Below, piece after piece: positions 48,001-57,086 of a stretch of DNA of 64,000 nucleotides. The stretch lies in IMG/VR virus record IMGVR_UViG_3300042502_001233, positions 62,001 to 126,000 of that record, one strand, 5' to 3'. The notes beneath the pieces are model-generated. The model saw nothing but the letters and a program-made list of their open reading frames with translations. It did no database searches and was not told where the DNA came from. The position numbers and the translations under genes were made by a program. Positions within the stretch are counted from its first letter, which is position 1, and each line of letters opens with the position of its first letter.

Positions 48001-49654
48001 ACAAAGCTGAACTTTCATCATCAAAAGGACATGTAGCAAAAATACATGGGACCCAATAACTTTTATTACACCAATTTGGTCTTTTTATAACACCACCTAA
48101 ACCTATAAATTTTAATATACGCCTAATCGTTTTAATTATAGTACAAATAAGTCCAATAATAGCGTTAACAATAATCATAATAAGGTTAAGTATAGTTACA
48201 ACAACTTTATTTATAATAAAAATAACAAATTCCAAAACTTTCATTATCAAACAAATAATAAAAAATAATGGATTAAATTGTGTGTTGATTTTTGAATATG
48301 GAAATGGGTTTTTATCACCAACACAACTATCAATATCTTTGATAGCTACCATATTCCTATTTTTTACTGGTTTAACCAATACCGAGTTGGCTCTTTGAAA
48401 TCTAGTAATAAAATTTGAAACAGTGTATATTTTATTCCAATACATATCTCTGAAACTAGAGTCTTGTGTTTCAGTACTAAATTCATAATCTATTTCATTA
48501 ACCGATTTAGGGTTGTGTGGAACTAGATATTTTGCTCTAGTTCTAAGTCTTCCTAGGCTACCAGTTTCATCCAAGGATATTTTAAATCTAACACTTGTTC
48601 TAGTTGGAATACCTTTATTTGGGTCCTCGGATGGTACTAAATCTCCAAATTCGTTGGTTACTAGGTAATCTAAATTCATAGGTATTTGATACGCCCAAGC
48701 TCCCTTGTCGTCAATAAGTTTACCACCTTCAATATCTAATTTTTCAATATTTCCATCAATATTTTTTCTAATCATTTCAATAGTACCCTCACCCGTAGAT
48801 TGTTTACACAATTCACCCATATCTCTTCTAGGTCTACAGTTTTTATTAACACTATTTTTTTCGTTGTCACCAAAAATACTACCAGTAAAAATAGCACACG
48901 GTTTAATGTTGTAATTTAAATCAATATCTAAACGAGAAATACCTAATTCACAAGAATTTACATCACCCCAAAAAGGTTGTACATTAACTGATGAATTGGC
49001 TGATTTTATTTGAACTAAATTATCTAAATTTGTACCACCTTTAAACTTTGTAGAACTGTCAAACATAGCAACTGGTGAACCTTGGCTTATACTATCATAA
49101 GGTCTTTGAGATGCAATACCCATATCTGAAATATCAACATCAACGTGTACTGCATGATTACCTACTGGTAAACCAAAAAACATAAAATCACCAGCGTAAT
49201 TTGTGGTTGTTGTAAATTTATAGTATTTACAATAAACATCTAAAAGAGTTGAATTATCTAATATTTCTCTTTTGGTTGGAAAGGTACCGACTGGTGTAAA
49301 ACATTCATTATCTGTTTCTGAATTTCTTGGTAAAAGATTATATCTAATACCTTCTGAATCTTTATCTGTTAGAACCTCATACGGATATAAACCTTTTATT
49401 TCAGGGTTGTTAATATCTACATCATCAATTGGAATGAATATACTAACTTTGGCGTTTGGCACTCCAAAACCACTGTTAATTATTACTCTACCAACAACAA
49501 CACCATAATCAGAACAAAAATTTCTATAAGCTTCTTCCTGAGATATTTTCAAAGAAAGAACTTCAATAAAATCAAATTCTTGGTCTAGTTTTACTTTTAA
49601 ATATTTATCTGAACCATCTGGTGTGGTTCTAATTCTAATTGTTTTATTTGACAT
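45080..49654 (-). CDS. Very large putative baseplate/tail-tip protein (1524 aa) with internal hydrophobic helix and SprB-like repeats
   Basis: Ile-rich hydrophobic run at about 48085-48280; NPLCFGDDSGTATYTVLGG...SGLTVGTYTAIATD-type repeats at about 46100-46910. Confidence 0.65.
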   Translation of the reverse strand: MSNKTIRIRTTPDGSDKYLKVKLDQEFDFIEVLSLKISQEEAYRNFCSDYGVVVGRVIINSGFGVPNAKVSIFIPIDDVDINNPEIKGLYPYEVLTDKDSEGIRYNLLPRNSETDNECFTPVGTFPTKREILDNSTLLDVYCKYYKFTTTTNYAGDFMFFGLPVGNHAVHVDVDISDMGIASQRPYDSISQGSPVAMFDSSTKFKGGTNLDNLVQIKSANSSVNVQPFWGDVNSCELGISRLDIDLNYNIKPCAIFTGSIFGDNEKNSVNKNCRPRRDMGELCKQSTGEGTIEMIRKNIDGNIEKLDIEGGKLIDDKGAWAYQIPMNLDYLVTNEFGDLVPSEDPNKGIPTRTSVRFKISLDETGSLGRLRTRAKYLVPHNPKSVNEIDYEFSTETQDSSFRDMYWNKIYTVSNFITRFQRANSVLVKPVKNRNMVAIKDIDSCVGDKNPFPYSKINTQFNPLFFIICLIMKVLEFVIFIINKVVVTILNLIMIIVNAIIGLICTIIKTIRRILKFIGLGGVIKRPNWCNKSYWVPCIFATCPFDDESSALFIPGCSDRNGRREALIQAGAAGTPTKIYDDLFELSNCVAFELARAMNLFQFDFYNDWINGTLYAYLLKYKRRRRREKYCSNDCSGSNCVTKVALDTCYNGGGDSQNELKSITFREGVIKKYKGEFYYAPTTKNGAFKLYATEITNLGSVFNCDWQGIPKIQPFLVPTTFKMPPILDEYDETARIIETSGQVDIGGNEGLFFDISCAGLTSDYRQCLNFRHICEFGVDLDEIDIAPNGNDILPDYIIGSQEIESNSRFVRDVLFGLNISTNNMFTNYPYSTDFNLPNCSTYNFGGNEFCNPSQPTIRANGSDYLKFRGSGYTNSSFSQPEHSYYFYFGIVPGSTGLDLMNSKFFTRCFPEVTQEFLIKIVSTTATTTNTSTDGAFSFSIINGVSTSYTYTISGPNATFITGTVIESPTGNLTIIGNLADGDYIITVQDTNGTLISQTFTISGPTPLYADAYVIRDSSGATCNGEISLSPIGGGSGTYYYVVHHSNDSIVPINGSTSPQLVTTTPIIIGGLCVDITSGTTGVGYYIVVTDSNGDSVTIPNLAVGGATPISLSVSTVNPLCFGDDSGTATYTVLGGNQPIFVTTTNSVDDSSIVGFNISGLTVGTYTAIATDIAGQSVTSTYTLTTQNPEMEIELANADILKKQCDPLVHTITFALTTSSAAAYLPAFGGVVYVQTSKDGEEDENGNPTFNLSQTPLIATSIGGLNYTVNYPASPSNVSFNTELRIRICNPAGTCFSDFYSITKNEVKVPLMPLEISTTDYITGVAINNSAQCIIGKVKFKFAINQLALGMTYRAPYLVEYKLTALVGATSTVFPTPSVANPNPVFTTTVSNNLQEILCPFQLPPNTSNVAVTIVKVIDNVGCESNSITLPSIQLPTQAMTAQWLKQTNSSIPSGFSRYWVYITGGLPPYTGFSGPVPYQGPAPVGGVGSINQTTFPGYLAPTSGGAVSSVLTDSSGCQFTTTSPI

Positions 49655-50027
49655 TACTTATTTCTGTTATATCTTCTACGTTTACCGCATCAAATTCGTC
49701 TTCATCGAATTCTTCATCATCTTCGTAAATTTCTTCTTCATCATCTTCGTTATCAAAGGGGTCAAAACTCTCGTTCATGAATGAAAGTTTACTTGATACA
49801 CCAGCAATTAATTTTTTTAAATCTACTTGTTTATTTAAAACTAACATTTCAAACATAAACCAAAGAACAAAAGCATTTATAATTGGCATCATTAAAACTG
49901 CTAATGAAAACCCTAATGTTTTTGTAATAATTTTTACAATTATGTCTAATCCGTCTATTTTTGAAATTTCAATTGGTCCTAACGCACTTGTTTTTTTAGC
50001 GTTTTTAGTGTTACATCCACATCCCAT
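49644..50027 (-). CDS. Small membrane protein with MGCGC N-terminus and acidic tail
   Basis: Hydrophobic TLGFSLAVLMMPIINAFVLWFMF; TATATTTG at 50057-50064. Confidence 0.7.
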   Translation of the reverse strand: MGCGCNTKNAKKTSALGPIEISKIDGLDIIVKIITKTLGFSLAVLMMPIINAFVLWFMFEMLVLNKQVDLKKLIAGVSSKLSFMNESFDPFDNEDDEEEIYEDDEEFDEDEFDAVNVEDITEISNVK

Positions 50028-50092
50028 ATTAACTTTTTTTATTTATTTGTTATCCACAAATATAGTTATTATCTATGAATAAGGAAAGGTTA

Positions 50093-51913
50093 TTATTTAA
50101 CTCTAACCATGATATCTGTGTTTGGAAATTTTATTTCAAACATTGATGTTGGTTCACCGAAAATAGTGTAGTCACCACTGATGTCCACTTGTCTAGTTTC
50201 TGTATCTAAATAAGGTTGTGAAATCTCATTTAAACTATATTTACCGCTACCAACTTTATTATACACTCTAAGGTCGATAACATTAAGTACACCACCAACA
50301 TTGTTTATTGTTTCAATTAACGGTGAAAGATAAATATTATCACCCATATCAAATTTATTGATATCCATATAATCTTTAACATTTGTAATTACTTCTGTAA
50401 TAATTTGCGATTGTGGCATTTTTTTGTCAACATATAAATCAATCTCAAAACCTAAATTGATTATCTTACCGTTACTAACTGAAATATAATCGTTTAACAT
50501 TCTGTAATCTGACAAATATGTTGCTATGTTTTCTCTAAGAGCGCTAGTTGATTCATTACTTAATTTACTTGAAGCGTCTAACCCCATAACATAAACTTTT
50601 ACCTTGTTTTGTTCTTCAAAAACACCACATCTGAATGGTACACCGAATTGACCTGGCATTAGACCTATTCTAGATTGATAATCTTTGATTGTTACAGCTC
50701 TATTTTGTGCAGAAAAATTATATTTAACCATATATCTTATTTCTTCAACACTTGGTCCATTTCTACCCCCTAACGCTGGAAACGCATTATTGACTACTAA
50801 TGAATTTCTAACAGCAGCATTTATTGATTGATTACTACCATTTACACTCATATTAATAATACCAACATTTCTTAAAACGTTTGGTCCAACGTTTGTGTCC
50901 GAACCACCACCAATCCTATATTTAATATACATAGTTGTGTTAGCTGTTGGTGTTTCCCCTAATGAACTATTGTTGATAATATTACCAATTTGATTAACCA
51001 AAGGAATATTTGTATCAAAATCAGAAAGACTTGATGTATCTTTGGTACCTGCTCCAAATATTAATTTTGTGAAACCTAAATCTGTATATTCACTAATAAA
51101 TTTTTTTGTTATTGTTACCCATTTTCCTGGTTTTACACCAGAATTATCGGTTACCCTAGAATAATCTTCAATAAAAACTTTATTCTCAGCCAAAGCATCA
51201 ACTTCGAACCATCTGTTGTCAAAATTATAAAATTGACTAAATGAAGGTTCTGTGTTAAAGTTTGTACCATCAAGCGTAATAACCGATTCTATTGAAATAA
51301 CATTATTTTCTGGTAATACTATTTCGAAAAACGGTCTAACATCATTGATATTTATTACTTTTTTATAGGTTCTTGAGTAACCGTTAGTTACTATTTCTCT
51401 TTTGGTTATTGTATAGTTTGACAACACACCGTTAGAATTAAAATTTGGTAAAATAATTCTGTTTGGTATGCCGTTTATATTGAATGGATTACTAAAATCA
51501 ATATCGTTTGTGGTTTCAAAAATTTTACCACCACCAGATACTTGCGAACCAGCTCTAAGTAGTGGAGCATAAGATATATCAAAAGTATCACCTAAAACTG
51601 GGAGTGTAACGCTAAAATCAACTATTGTTACACTTGGACGTTTTCCTGGTATTTTTAACCCAAAGGTTCTAGCCATTGACAATACTGATTTTCTTTCTTT
51701 TGCGTAATCAATTTGTGTTTCTTGGAACATTCTATCGGTGTTATACGATAACATGTCTCCAACGGCCGCATTTAGTTCTAACAACATCATACCGACTGAT
51801 GCGTCATTAAAATCGCTAAGCACCTCTGGGTAATATTGTTTTACCATATCTACCAACCCAGCTCTAATATCGGCATAGTTTCTAGATGCGTAATTTATTC
51901 CTGTATTTGCCAT
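50093..51913 (-). CDS. Baseplate wedge subunit (T4 gp6 / Baseplate J-like)
   Basis: SRNYADIRAGL...DFNDASVGMMLLELNAAVGDMLSY.TD...E..IDYA.ERKSV; GG...SVEEIR...NFSAQNRAVT.KDY. Confidence 0.85.
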   Translation of the reverse strand: MANTGINYASRNYADIRAGLVDMVKQYYPEVLSDFNDASVGMMLLELNAAVGDMLSYNTDRMFQETQIDYAKERKSVLSMARTFGLKIPGKRPSVTIVDFSVTLPVLGDTFDISYAPLLRAGSQVSGGGKIFETTNDIDFSNPFNINGIPNRIILPNFNSNGVLSNYTITKREIVTNGYSRTYKKVININDVRPFFEIVLPENNVISIESVITLDGTNFNTEPSFSQFYNFDNRWFEVDALAENKVFIEDYSRVTDNSGVKPGKWVTITKKFISEYTDLGFTKLIFGAGTKDTSSLSDFDTNIPLVNQIGNIINNSSLGETPTANTTMYIKYRIGGGSDTNVGPNVLRNVGIINMSVNGSNQSINAAVRNSLVVNNAFPALGGRNGPSVEEIRYMVKYNFSAQNRAVTIKDYQSRIGLMPGQFGVPFRCGVFEEQNKVKVYVMGLDASSKLSNESTSALRENIATYLSDYRMLNDYISVSNGKIINLGFEIDLYVDKKMPQSQIITEVITNVKDYMDINKFDMGDNIYLSPLIETINNVGGVLNVIDLRVYNKVGSGKYSLNEISQPYLDTETRQVDISGDYTIFGEPTSMFEIKFPNTDIMVRVK

Positions 51914-51920
51914 AATAAAA

Positions 51921-52307
51921 TTATAAATTTATTGTTAAAATGTCTGATGATTCAAAAACTCCATCAGTTATTGTGTATTGTATTGTTACAACAACAGCGT
52001 ATTCGTTATCTGGTGACTCCTCTATTAGTAAATCATCCATCTGAAGATTAGGTAAGTATTTTTGAATTTCGTTGCTTATATCGGTTTTAATCGCTTCAAA
52101 CGTAATACCGTCTTCAGGTTCAAAAATGAATTTTAATAAATCTGTCCCAAAATCTGGTAAATATAATCTCTGACCTTTTCTGGTTAATAATAAATGAAGT
52201 AAATCAGCTTTAATTGCTTCGTTGTCGGTGTTGTTTAAATCTAAGAAAAATCCTTGTCTACTATCTTTAAATGGGAAATTAATATTTATGAATCTACCTG
52301 TTGCCAT
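51921..52307 (-). CDS. Baseplate wedge subunit, gp25/GPW-like
   Basis: INFPF...AIKADLLHLLLTRKGQRLYLPDFGTDL..FIFEP. Confidence 0.9.
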   Translation of the reverse strand: MATGRFININFPFKDSRQGFFLDLNNTDNEAIKADLLHLLLTRKGQRLYLPDFGTDLLKFIFEPEDGITFEAIKTDISNEIQKYLPNLQMDDLLIEESPDNEYAVVVTIQYTITDGVFESSDILTINL

Positions 52308-52366
52308 ATTGTTCTTTATTTGATAAATATTATAATAAAGTATTTTTATAAGTAAATATGTGAAAT

Positions 52367-52396
52367 AAAAAAAGGGTCCTTATTTAGGACCCTTTT
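52367..52396 (-). terminator. Rho-independent terminator after nrdA-C
   Basis: AAAAGGGTCCT-tattt-AGGACCCTTTT perfect stem. Confidence 0.85.
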
Positions 52397-52421
52397 AAAT
52401 AAATAAAATGAAAAATGAAAA

Positions 52422-53519
52422 TTAAGTTGAGCAACCGAAACATTCAAACTGGCTATCTTTTGGTTTTTCAGGTTGATTTGCAATTTGGCTACTAGCTAGT
52501 TTTGAATTTGCTTCTAATTTTGATTTTGTTCTAGTATAATATACACCAGTCTTTAGACCACCTTTCCAAGCATACATAAGTGCACTAGCTATTTTACCGT
52601 ATTTTGCATCAGAATGATATACGTTTAATGATTGTGATTGGTCAACATATTTGTTTCTGATGATTGATAAATCTAACAATACTCTTTGAGAAATTTCCCA
52701 AACATCTTTGTATCTAAATCTTATTTCTTCTGGTATTTCCACAATGTTTTGGATACTACCTTGGTTTTTAATGACTTTGTCAATAATAGTTGAAGTCCAA
52801 AGATTATTTTCAATTAGTTCATTAACCAAATATTTGTTAACAACCAAAAACTCACCTTGACCTACTCTTCTTGTAAATAAGTTAGCTGTGGCTGGTTCAA
52901 AAGATTCAAATACACCTAACAAAATTGCTGAAGACGCTGTTGGCATCAATCCTAACAATAAACTGTTGTACATTGGAATTGCTTCTCCTTCTGCTTTTGG
53001 TGACCACCCTTCAATATATGTTTCACCTTTTGAATAACGACTGCCTTCCCACGCTGGATAGTTTTCACCTTTTTCTTCAGCCAATAACATAGATTCAATA
53101 ACAGCTGTTTTATACATTGTTTCGAATATATCGTTATTCCATTGTTTAGCTTCTTCACTTTCAAAAGCAATTTTCTTTTTAGCAAAGAAATCAGCCAACC
53201 CAGCAACACCAATAGCCAAAGCTCTTTGGTCCATTCCAGCTTTCTCACTCCAACTGTCACTCCATTTGTTTTTGTCGATTACTTGGTTAAGCGCTCTAAC
53301 CAAAACTCTAGTTGTCTGTGCAATTGTTTCCAATGTATCGTGTTCGGCCAAATTAACTGATGCCAACGTACATTGTGGTGTGTATTTTGGTTTAGACGCT
53401 TGCATTACCTCAATACAATTGTGCACCAATATATCATTAGCGAAAAAATTATGATTATCTTTTATTGTTAAATCATAAACTGGTAACTTTGTTTCTATTT
53501 TTTTTATTTTAATCCCCAT
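52422..53519 (-). CDS. nrdA: Ribonucleotide reductase class Ia alpha subunit, C-terminal fragment preceded by split-intein C part
   Basis: ...LVHN then CIE (catalytic Cys/Glu), CTLASVNL, RALAIGVAGL, MPTASS, DQSQS, KTGVYYTR, C-terminal CFGC. Confidence 0.95.
   Translation of the reverse strand: MGIKIKKIETKLPVYDLTIKDNHNFFANDILVHNCIEVMQASKPKYTPQCTLASVNLAEHDTLETIAQTTRVLVRALNQVIDKNKWSDSWSEKAGMDQRALAIGVAGLADFFAKKKIAFESEEAKQWNNDIFETMYKTAVIESMLLAEEKGENYPAWEGSRYSKGETYIEGWSPKAEGEAIPMYNSLLLGLMPTASSAILLGVFESFEPATANLFTRRVGQGEFLVVNKYLVNELIENNLWTSTIIDKVIKNQGSIQNIVEIPEEIRFRYKDVWEISQRVLLDLSIIRNKYVDQSQSLNVYHSDAKYGKIASALMYAWKGGLKTGVYYTRTKSKLEANSKLASSQIANQPEKPKDSQFECFGCST
53418..53519 (-). mobile_element. Split intein C part (34 aa) of nrdA
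   Basis: MGIKIKKIETKLPVYDLTIKDNHNFFANDILVHN/C; blocks F and G. Confidence 0.95.
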
Positions 53520-53520
53520 A

Positions 53521-54561
53521 TTAATTTATTATTTCATTTATATTTGTTAATATTTTTTGTAGATAAATGTATTTTATATTATTTTCACTACAATATTTTT
53601 TAGCCGCTTTAATTTTCATTTCTTCATTTATTTTTCCTTTTTCACCTCTAATAAACCCTTTAATTTCTAATAATATTTTATGACCTTCATATTCAATAAG
53701 AAAATCTGGCAAATAAAGAGTACCATCTTCTTTTTGTATATAAAACGATTCATAACTATATTTAATTCCATTTAGTTCTAAAAATTCTATTGTCTTTAAC
53801 TCCCAAGAACTTCTATATCTAACAATAGTTTTATTTAAACAATTTTTAACTTTAATAAAACCAGTTTTAAAAAACTTTGTTTTACCCATATTTTCATTTC
53901 TAACAATACTAATACTTGATATTATGGACATCATTTCTGGATAAATTTTTTCCACATTTTCATCAGTTATTACAACATTTTTAAGTTTATCTCTAAAATT
54001 CAAATACGTTGATTCATCTAAATATTTATCAGATTTTAAAAATTTTTTAAGTTTTTTTATTTTAAAGTCTTTTGATTTTCTATTATTAGAATTAATTAAT
54101 TTATATAATTCTTTTATTTCACTATCTGTCTTATATAAAACATCTATTTTTTTATTTCTTAAAACCTTTATCTTAAAATCAATACTAGAATTTTGTTTTC
54201 TTTTTGTTTCTCTAAAATTATCACCTCTATTAATACCCTTCATTTTAATCTTCATATTTTCTGAATGTTCTGGTCTTAATTTATTTCTAAAACTAGAACC
54301 TTTCATAAAATTAGTTAAATTATCAGGCCAACCAAATCTACTACCTTTCCATATTTTTAAATTATCGTTTTTAGAATGTTTATTTTTAAAATCATTAAAA
54401 GTTAAAATATTATCTAGATATAAGTTTTTTAAAGCTTTGTATTTTTCATCATTACCATTTGTTATTTTTGTAATATAATTTATTAATTCAATTTCAAATA
54501 AATTAATAAAACATTCGTTATTTATTAAATCTTTTAATTTTGTTTGTTTTTTTATTATCAT
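53521..54561 (-). CDS. Free-standing TnsA-like PD-(D/E)xK homing endonuclease
   Basis: YRSSWE...YSYE......YLPDFLI....LLEIKG; GATATTTATT at 54575-54584. Confidence 0.8.
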   Translation of the reverse strand: MIIKKQTKLKDLINNECFINLFEIELINYITKITNGNDEKYKALKNLYLDNILTFNDFKNKHSKNDNLKIWKGSRFGWPDNLTNFMKGSSFRNKLRPEHSENMKIKMKGINRGDNFRETKRKQNSSIDFKIKVLRNKKIDVLYKTDSEIKELYKLINSNNRKSKDFKIKKLKKFLKSDKYLDESTYLNFRDKLKNVVITDENVEKIYPEMMSIISSISIVRNENMGKTKFFKTGFIKVKNCLNKTIVRYRSSWELKTIEFLELNGIKYSYESFYIQKEDGTLYLPDFLIEYEGHKILLEIKGFIRGEKGKINEEMKIKAAKKYCSENNIKYIYLQKILTNINEIIN

Positions 54562-54617
54562 AATCAGTTTTTCTAATAAATATCTAAAATTATTATAAAA
54601 ACCAATTTATGTATAGG

Positions 54618-56099
54618 TTATTGTAAAATTTTTAATATATCTGTTTCAAATAAATCTTTAGCCATTACATACCCTCTATTAATAGTATAAATTTGATGTT
54701 CTGGGGTACAAATTATCTTTTTATTTGATTCATAATCTGTTATCTCTAACACGTCAGCATTTTTGTTTGTCATAGCAGAAGCTAGTAACTCTTTATATTC
54801 AACAACATTGTTTTCAATATTAAAAGATTTTACCAAAATATTTTTATTTTCTTTAAATAATTCATTTAATGTTTTAATATCAGTTCTATGTTCTTCACCT
54901 TCTAAAATTATATCAATCAACGAATCTTCTGAGATACATAAGTTTGATTGTTTAATAGGGCCTATGTTATCTTGCATGTTACGTTTGTTCGCGTTATCTT
55001 TGAACATTACGTAAGGTCTACCACTTTCAACTTGTGATTTAACAATAGCATCAAAAATATCTTTAGGGTTAACTTTTTTACCCAACCCTAAATCAACAGC
55101 TTTTTGGTATTCAGCGTTGAATTTCTCACCATGTAAATTATATAACGGTTTTAAACCAGCTTTTTTAATGTCGTTAGGACAGAACAAATACCAATCCTCA
55201 CCTTTCTCCAATTTTTCCATAAACAAGTCGTTTACGATAATTGAAGTAAACAAATCTTTTGTTCTTAATTCAGCAGAACCAATAGGTAATGTTAATTCTA
55301 AGAAATCTATGATATCTCTATGCCATAATGACAAATACAATGCACAACTTCCAGAACGAGAACCTTGTTTGTAAAACCTCATTTTAGCTTGCACCATATC
55401 AGCTAATCTAACAACACCACCAGCATTACCTTGAAAAGACTCTACAATGCTTTCTTTACTACGAAGTGGGTCAATTAATAATCCAATACCAGAACCTTCT
55501 TTAGATGCCGAAGAAATCTTCTTAAGGGTTTCTTCGATACCTTCAAATGAATCATCTTCTAAGTGTGTAAGGTTACAGCTAATCATACCGTTTCTTTTAG
55601 GTATACCAGCGTTTGTATACGTAGGTGTGGCAAAGTTACCTCTTTTAGATTTTAATTCTTCTAATAATTCTTCTCTGTCAGCTTCATTATCTTCATGTAA
55701 ATGCATAGCTACTCTTTCGTACATACATGAAGGTAATTCTAATGGAGTTTTCTTTTCATCTCTCATTGAGTATTTACTCAAAAAAGTTGTAGCGGCAAAG
55801 AAGTCGTAGGTTAAATCTACTGGTTGTAATTCTTTACCTATTAATTTTGATTGGCGACTTAATAAAATACGACCACCCAGCAATGAATAGTCTGGGTGTT
55901 GTATAATTTTATCAGCAGCTTTGAAAGCGATAATCTCGTCGATTTCAGTTGTTGTGATGTTATCCGTAATCAATGGAATAACCTCTTGGAACAAAACGTC
56001 AGAATCAATTTTCAACCCTTTGGCTTGTGTTTTGATTCTCGTTAAAATTTTGTTAGGCGTAAAAGCCTGTGTCGATTTGTCTCTTTTTTGTATTTTCAT
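54618..56099 (-). CDS. nrdA: Ribonucleotide reductase alpha subunit, N-terminal fragment ending in split-intein N part
   Basis: ATP-cone-like N-terminus, ATPT..NAG, SCNL, GGGIG-like GSGIG, RSGSCALYL..WH, ESGRPY..FKD.AN, KQSNL, then CISEDS... Confidence 0.95.
   Translation of the reverse strand: MKIQKRDKSTQAFTPNKILTRIKTQAKGLKIDSDVLFQEVIPLITDNITTTEIDEIIAFKAADKIIQHPDYSLLGGRILLSRQSKLIGKELQPVDLTYDFFAATTFLSKYSMRDEKKTPLELPSCMYERVAMHLHEDNEADREELLEELKSKRGNFATPTYTNAGIPKRNGMISCNLTHLEDDSFEGIEETLKKISSASKEGSGIGLLIDPLRSKESIVESFQGNAGGVVRLADMVQAKMRFYKQGSRSGSCALYLSLWHRDIIDFLELTLPIGSAELRTKDLFTSIIVNDLFMEKLEKGEDWYLFCPNDIKKAGLKPLYNLHGEKFNAEYQKAVDLGLGKKVNPKDIFDAIVKSQVESGRPYVMFKDNANKRNMQDNIGPIKQSNLCISEDSLIDIILEGEEHRTDIKTLNELFKENKNILVKSFNIENNVVEYKELLASAMTNKNADVLEITDYESNKKIICTPEHQIYTINRGYVMAKDLFETDILKILQ
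54621..54938 (-). mobile_element. Split intein N part (106 aa) of nrdA
   Basis: CISEDSLIDI (block A), IICTPEHQIYT (block B TxxH), GYVMAKDL. Confidence 0.95.
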
Positions 56100-56112
56100 A
56101 TTTATATTTTAA

Positions 56113-57066
56113 TTAGAAGTCTTCATCAAACATACCATCAGTAGTTGTAGGTATTTCAACTCTTGTGTATTCACCATCTCTTTTCTCAAAGAAATTGTTT
56201 TTTGCCGATAAACCAATTCTGGCCATGTAATCCAACGGGTTTGTTACGTTGAATTCTAAATCACAACCAAAATCGTTAAGAACGATATCTGTTACGTATT
56301 GTACATAACGAACCATATCATCTTTGGTCATACCTTGTAAACCATCTGGCATGCTGTCTTCAACAAAAACCTTTTCAATTTCATAACACCCTAAGATGAT
56401 ATTTCTTAATTCTTCTTTTGAAAGTTTATAATCATCTTTCAAATAATTTTTGTATAAGTTAAGTGCAAACTCATAATGGAATGTTTCATCTCTAAGGATT
56501 AATTCATTCATACCACCCAATCCAGGCATTTTATTCTTGCTTCTAAACCAAAACACACCAGAGAATACACTAGCAAATGAAATCCCTTCAACACAAGCAA
56601 AAGCCACAAGTCTGTGACCAAAAGATGGGTGATGAATCCAATCTTCAGCCCATGAAGCTTTTTTAGCAACCGCTTGGTTGTTTTCCATGGAATTAAATAA
56701 TTCATCTCTTTCGATAAGGTTTTTTATGTATGTTTCAATCAATAAAGAATAACCATTCGCATGAACTTGTTCGATAAATGTTTGATGTCCATAGAAGTAT
56801 TGTGCTTCTAATAATTCAACTTCATTTAAGAAGTTTGTTGCTAAGTTATCAATAACCAAACCATCTGATATAGCAAAAAATGCTAAAATATTTTTTAGAT
56901 AAATTTTTTCAGCATCTTTCAACCCATCAAAATCATCCTTACTTAAATCTATTTCTTCCGCAACCCATGTTTGGGCTTCGGCTTTTTTATACATTTGCCA
57001 CAAGTCATTATGTATGACTGGGAAAATGGAATACCTTTTTTTTAGTGTACTGTCTTTTAAATACAT
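56113..57066 (-). CDS. nrdB: Ribonucleotide reductase class Ia beta subunit
   Basis: W..EEIDLSKD, FFA.SD, E.VH...Y, EGI.F...F, RDE..H motifs. Confidence 0.95.
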   Translation of the reverse strand: MYLKDSTLKKRYSIFPVIHNDLWQMYKKAEAQTWVAEEIDLSKDDFDGLKDAEKIYLKNILAFFAISDGLVIDNLATNFLNEVELLEAQYFYGHQTFIEQVHANGYSLLIETYIKNLIERDELFNSMENNQAVAKKASWAEDWIHHPSFGHRLVAFACVEGISFASVFSGVFWFRSKNKMPGLGGMNELILRDETFHYEFALNLYKNYLKDDYKLSKEELRNIILGCYEIEKVFVEDSMPDGLQGMTKDDMVRYVQYVTDIVLNDFGCDLEFNVTNPLDYMARIGLSAKNNFFEKRDGEYTRVEIPTTTDGMFDEDF

Positions 57067-57086
57067 TTTGTTAATTTTTTTATTTG

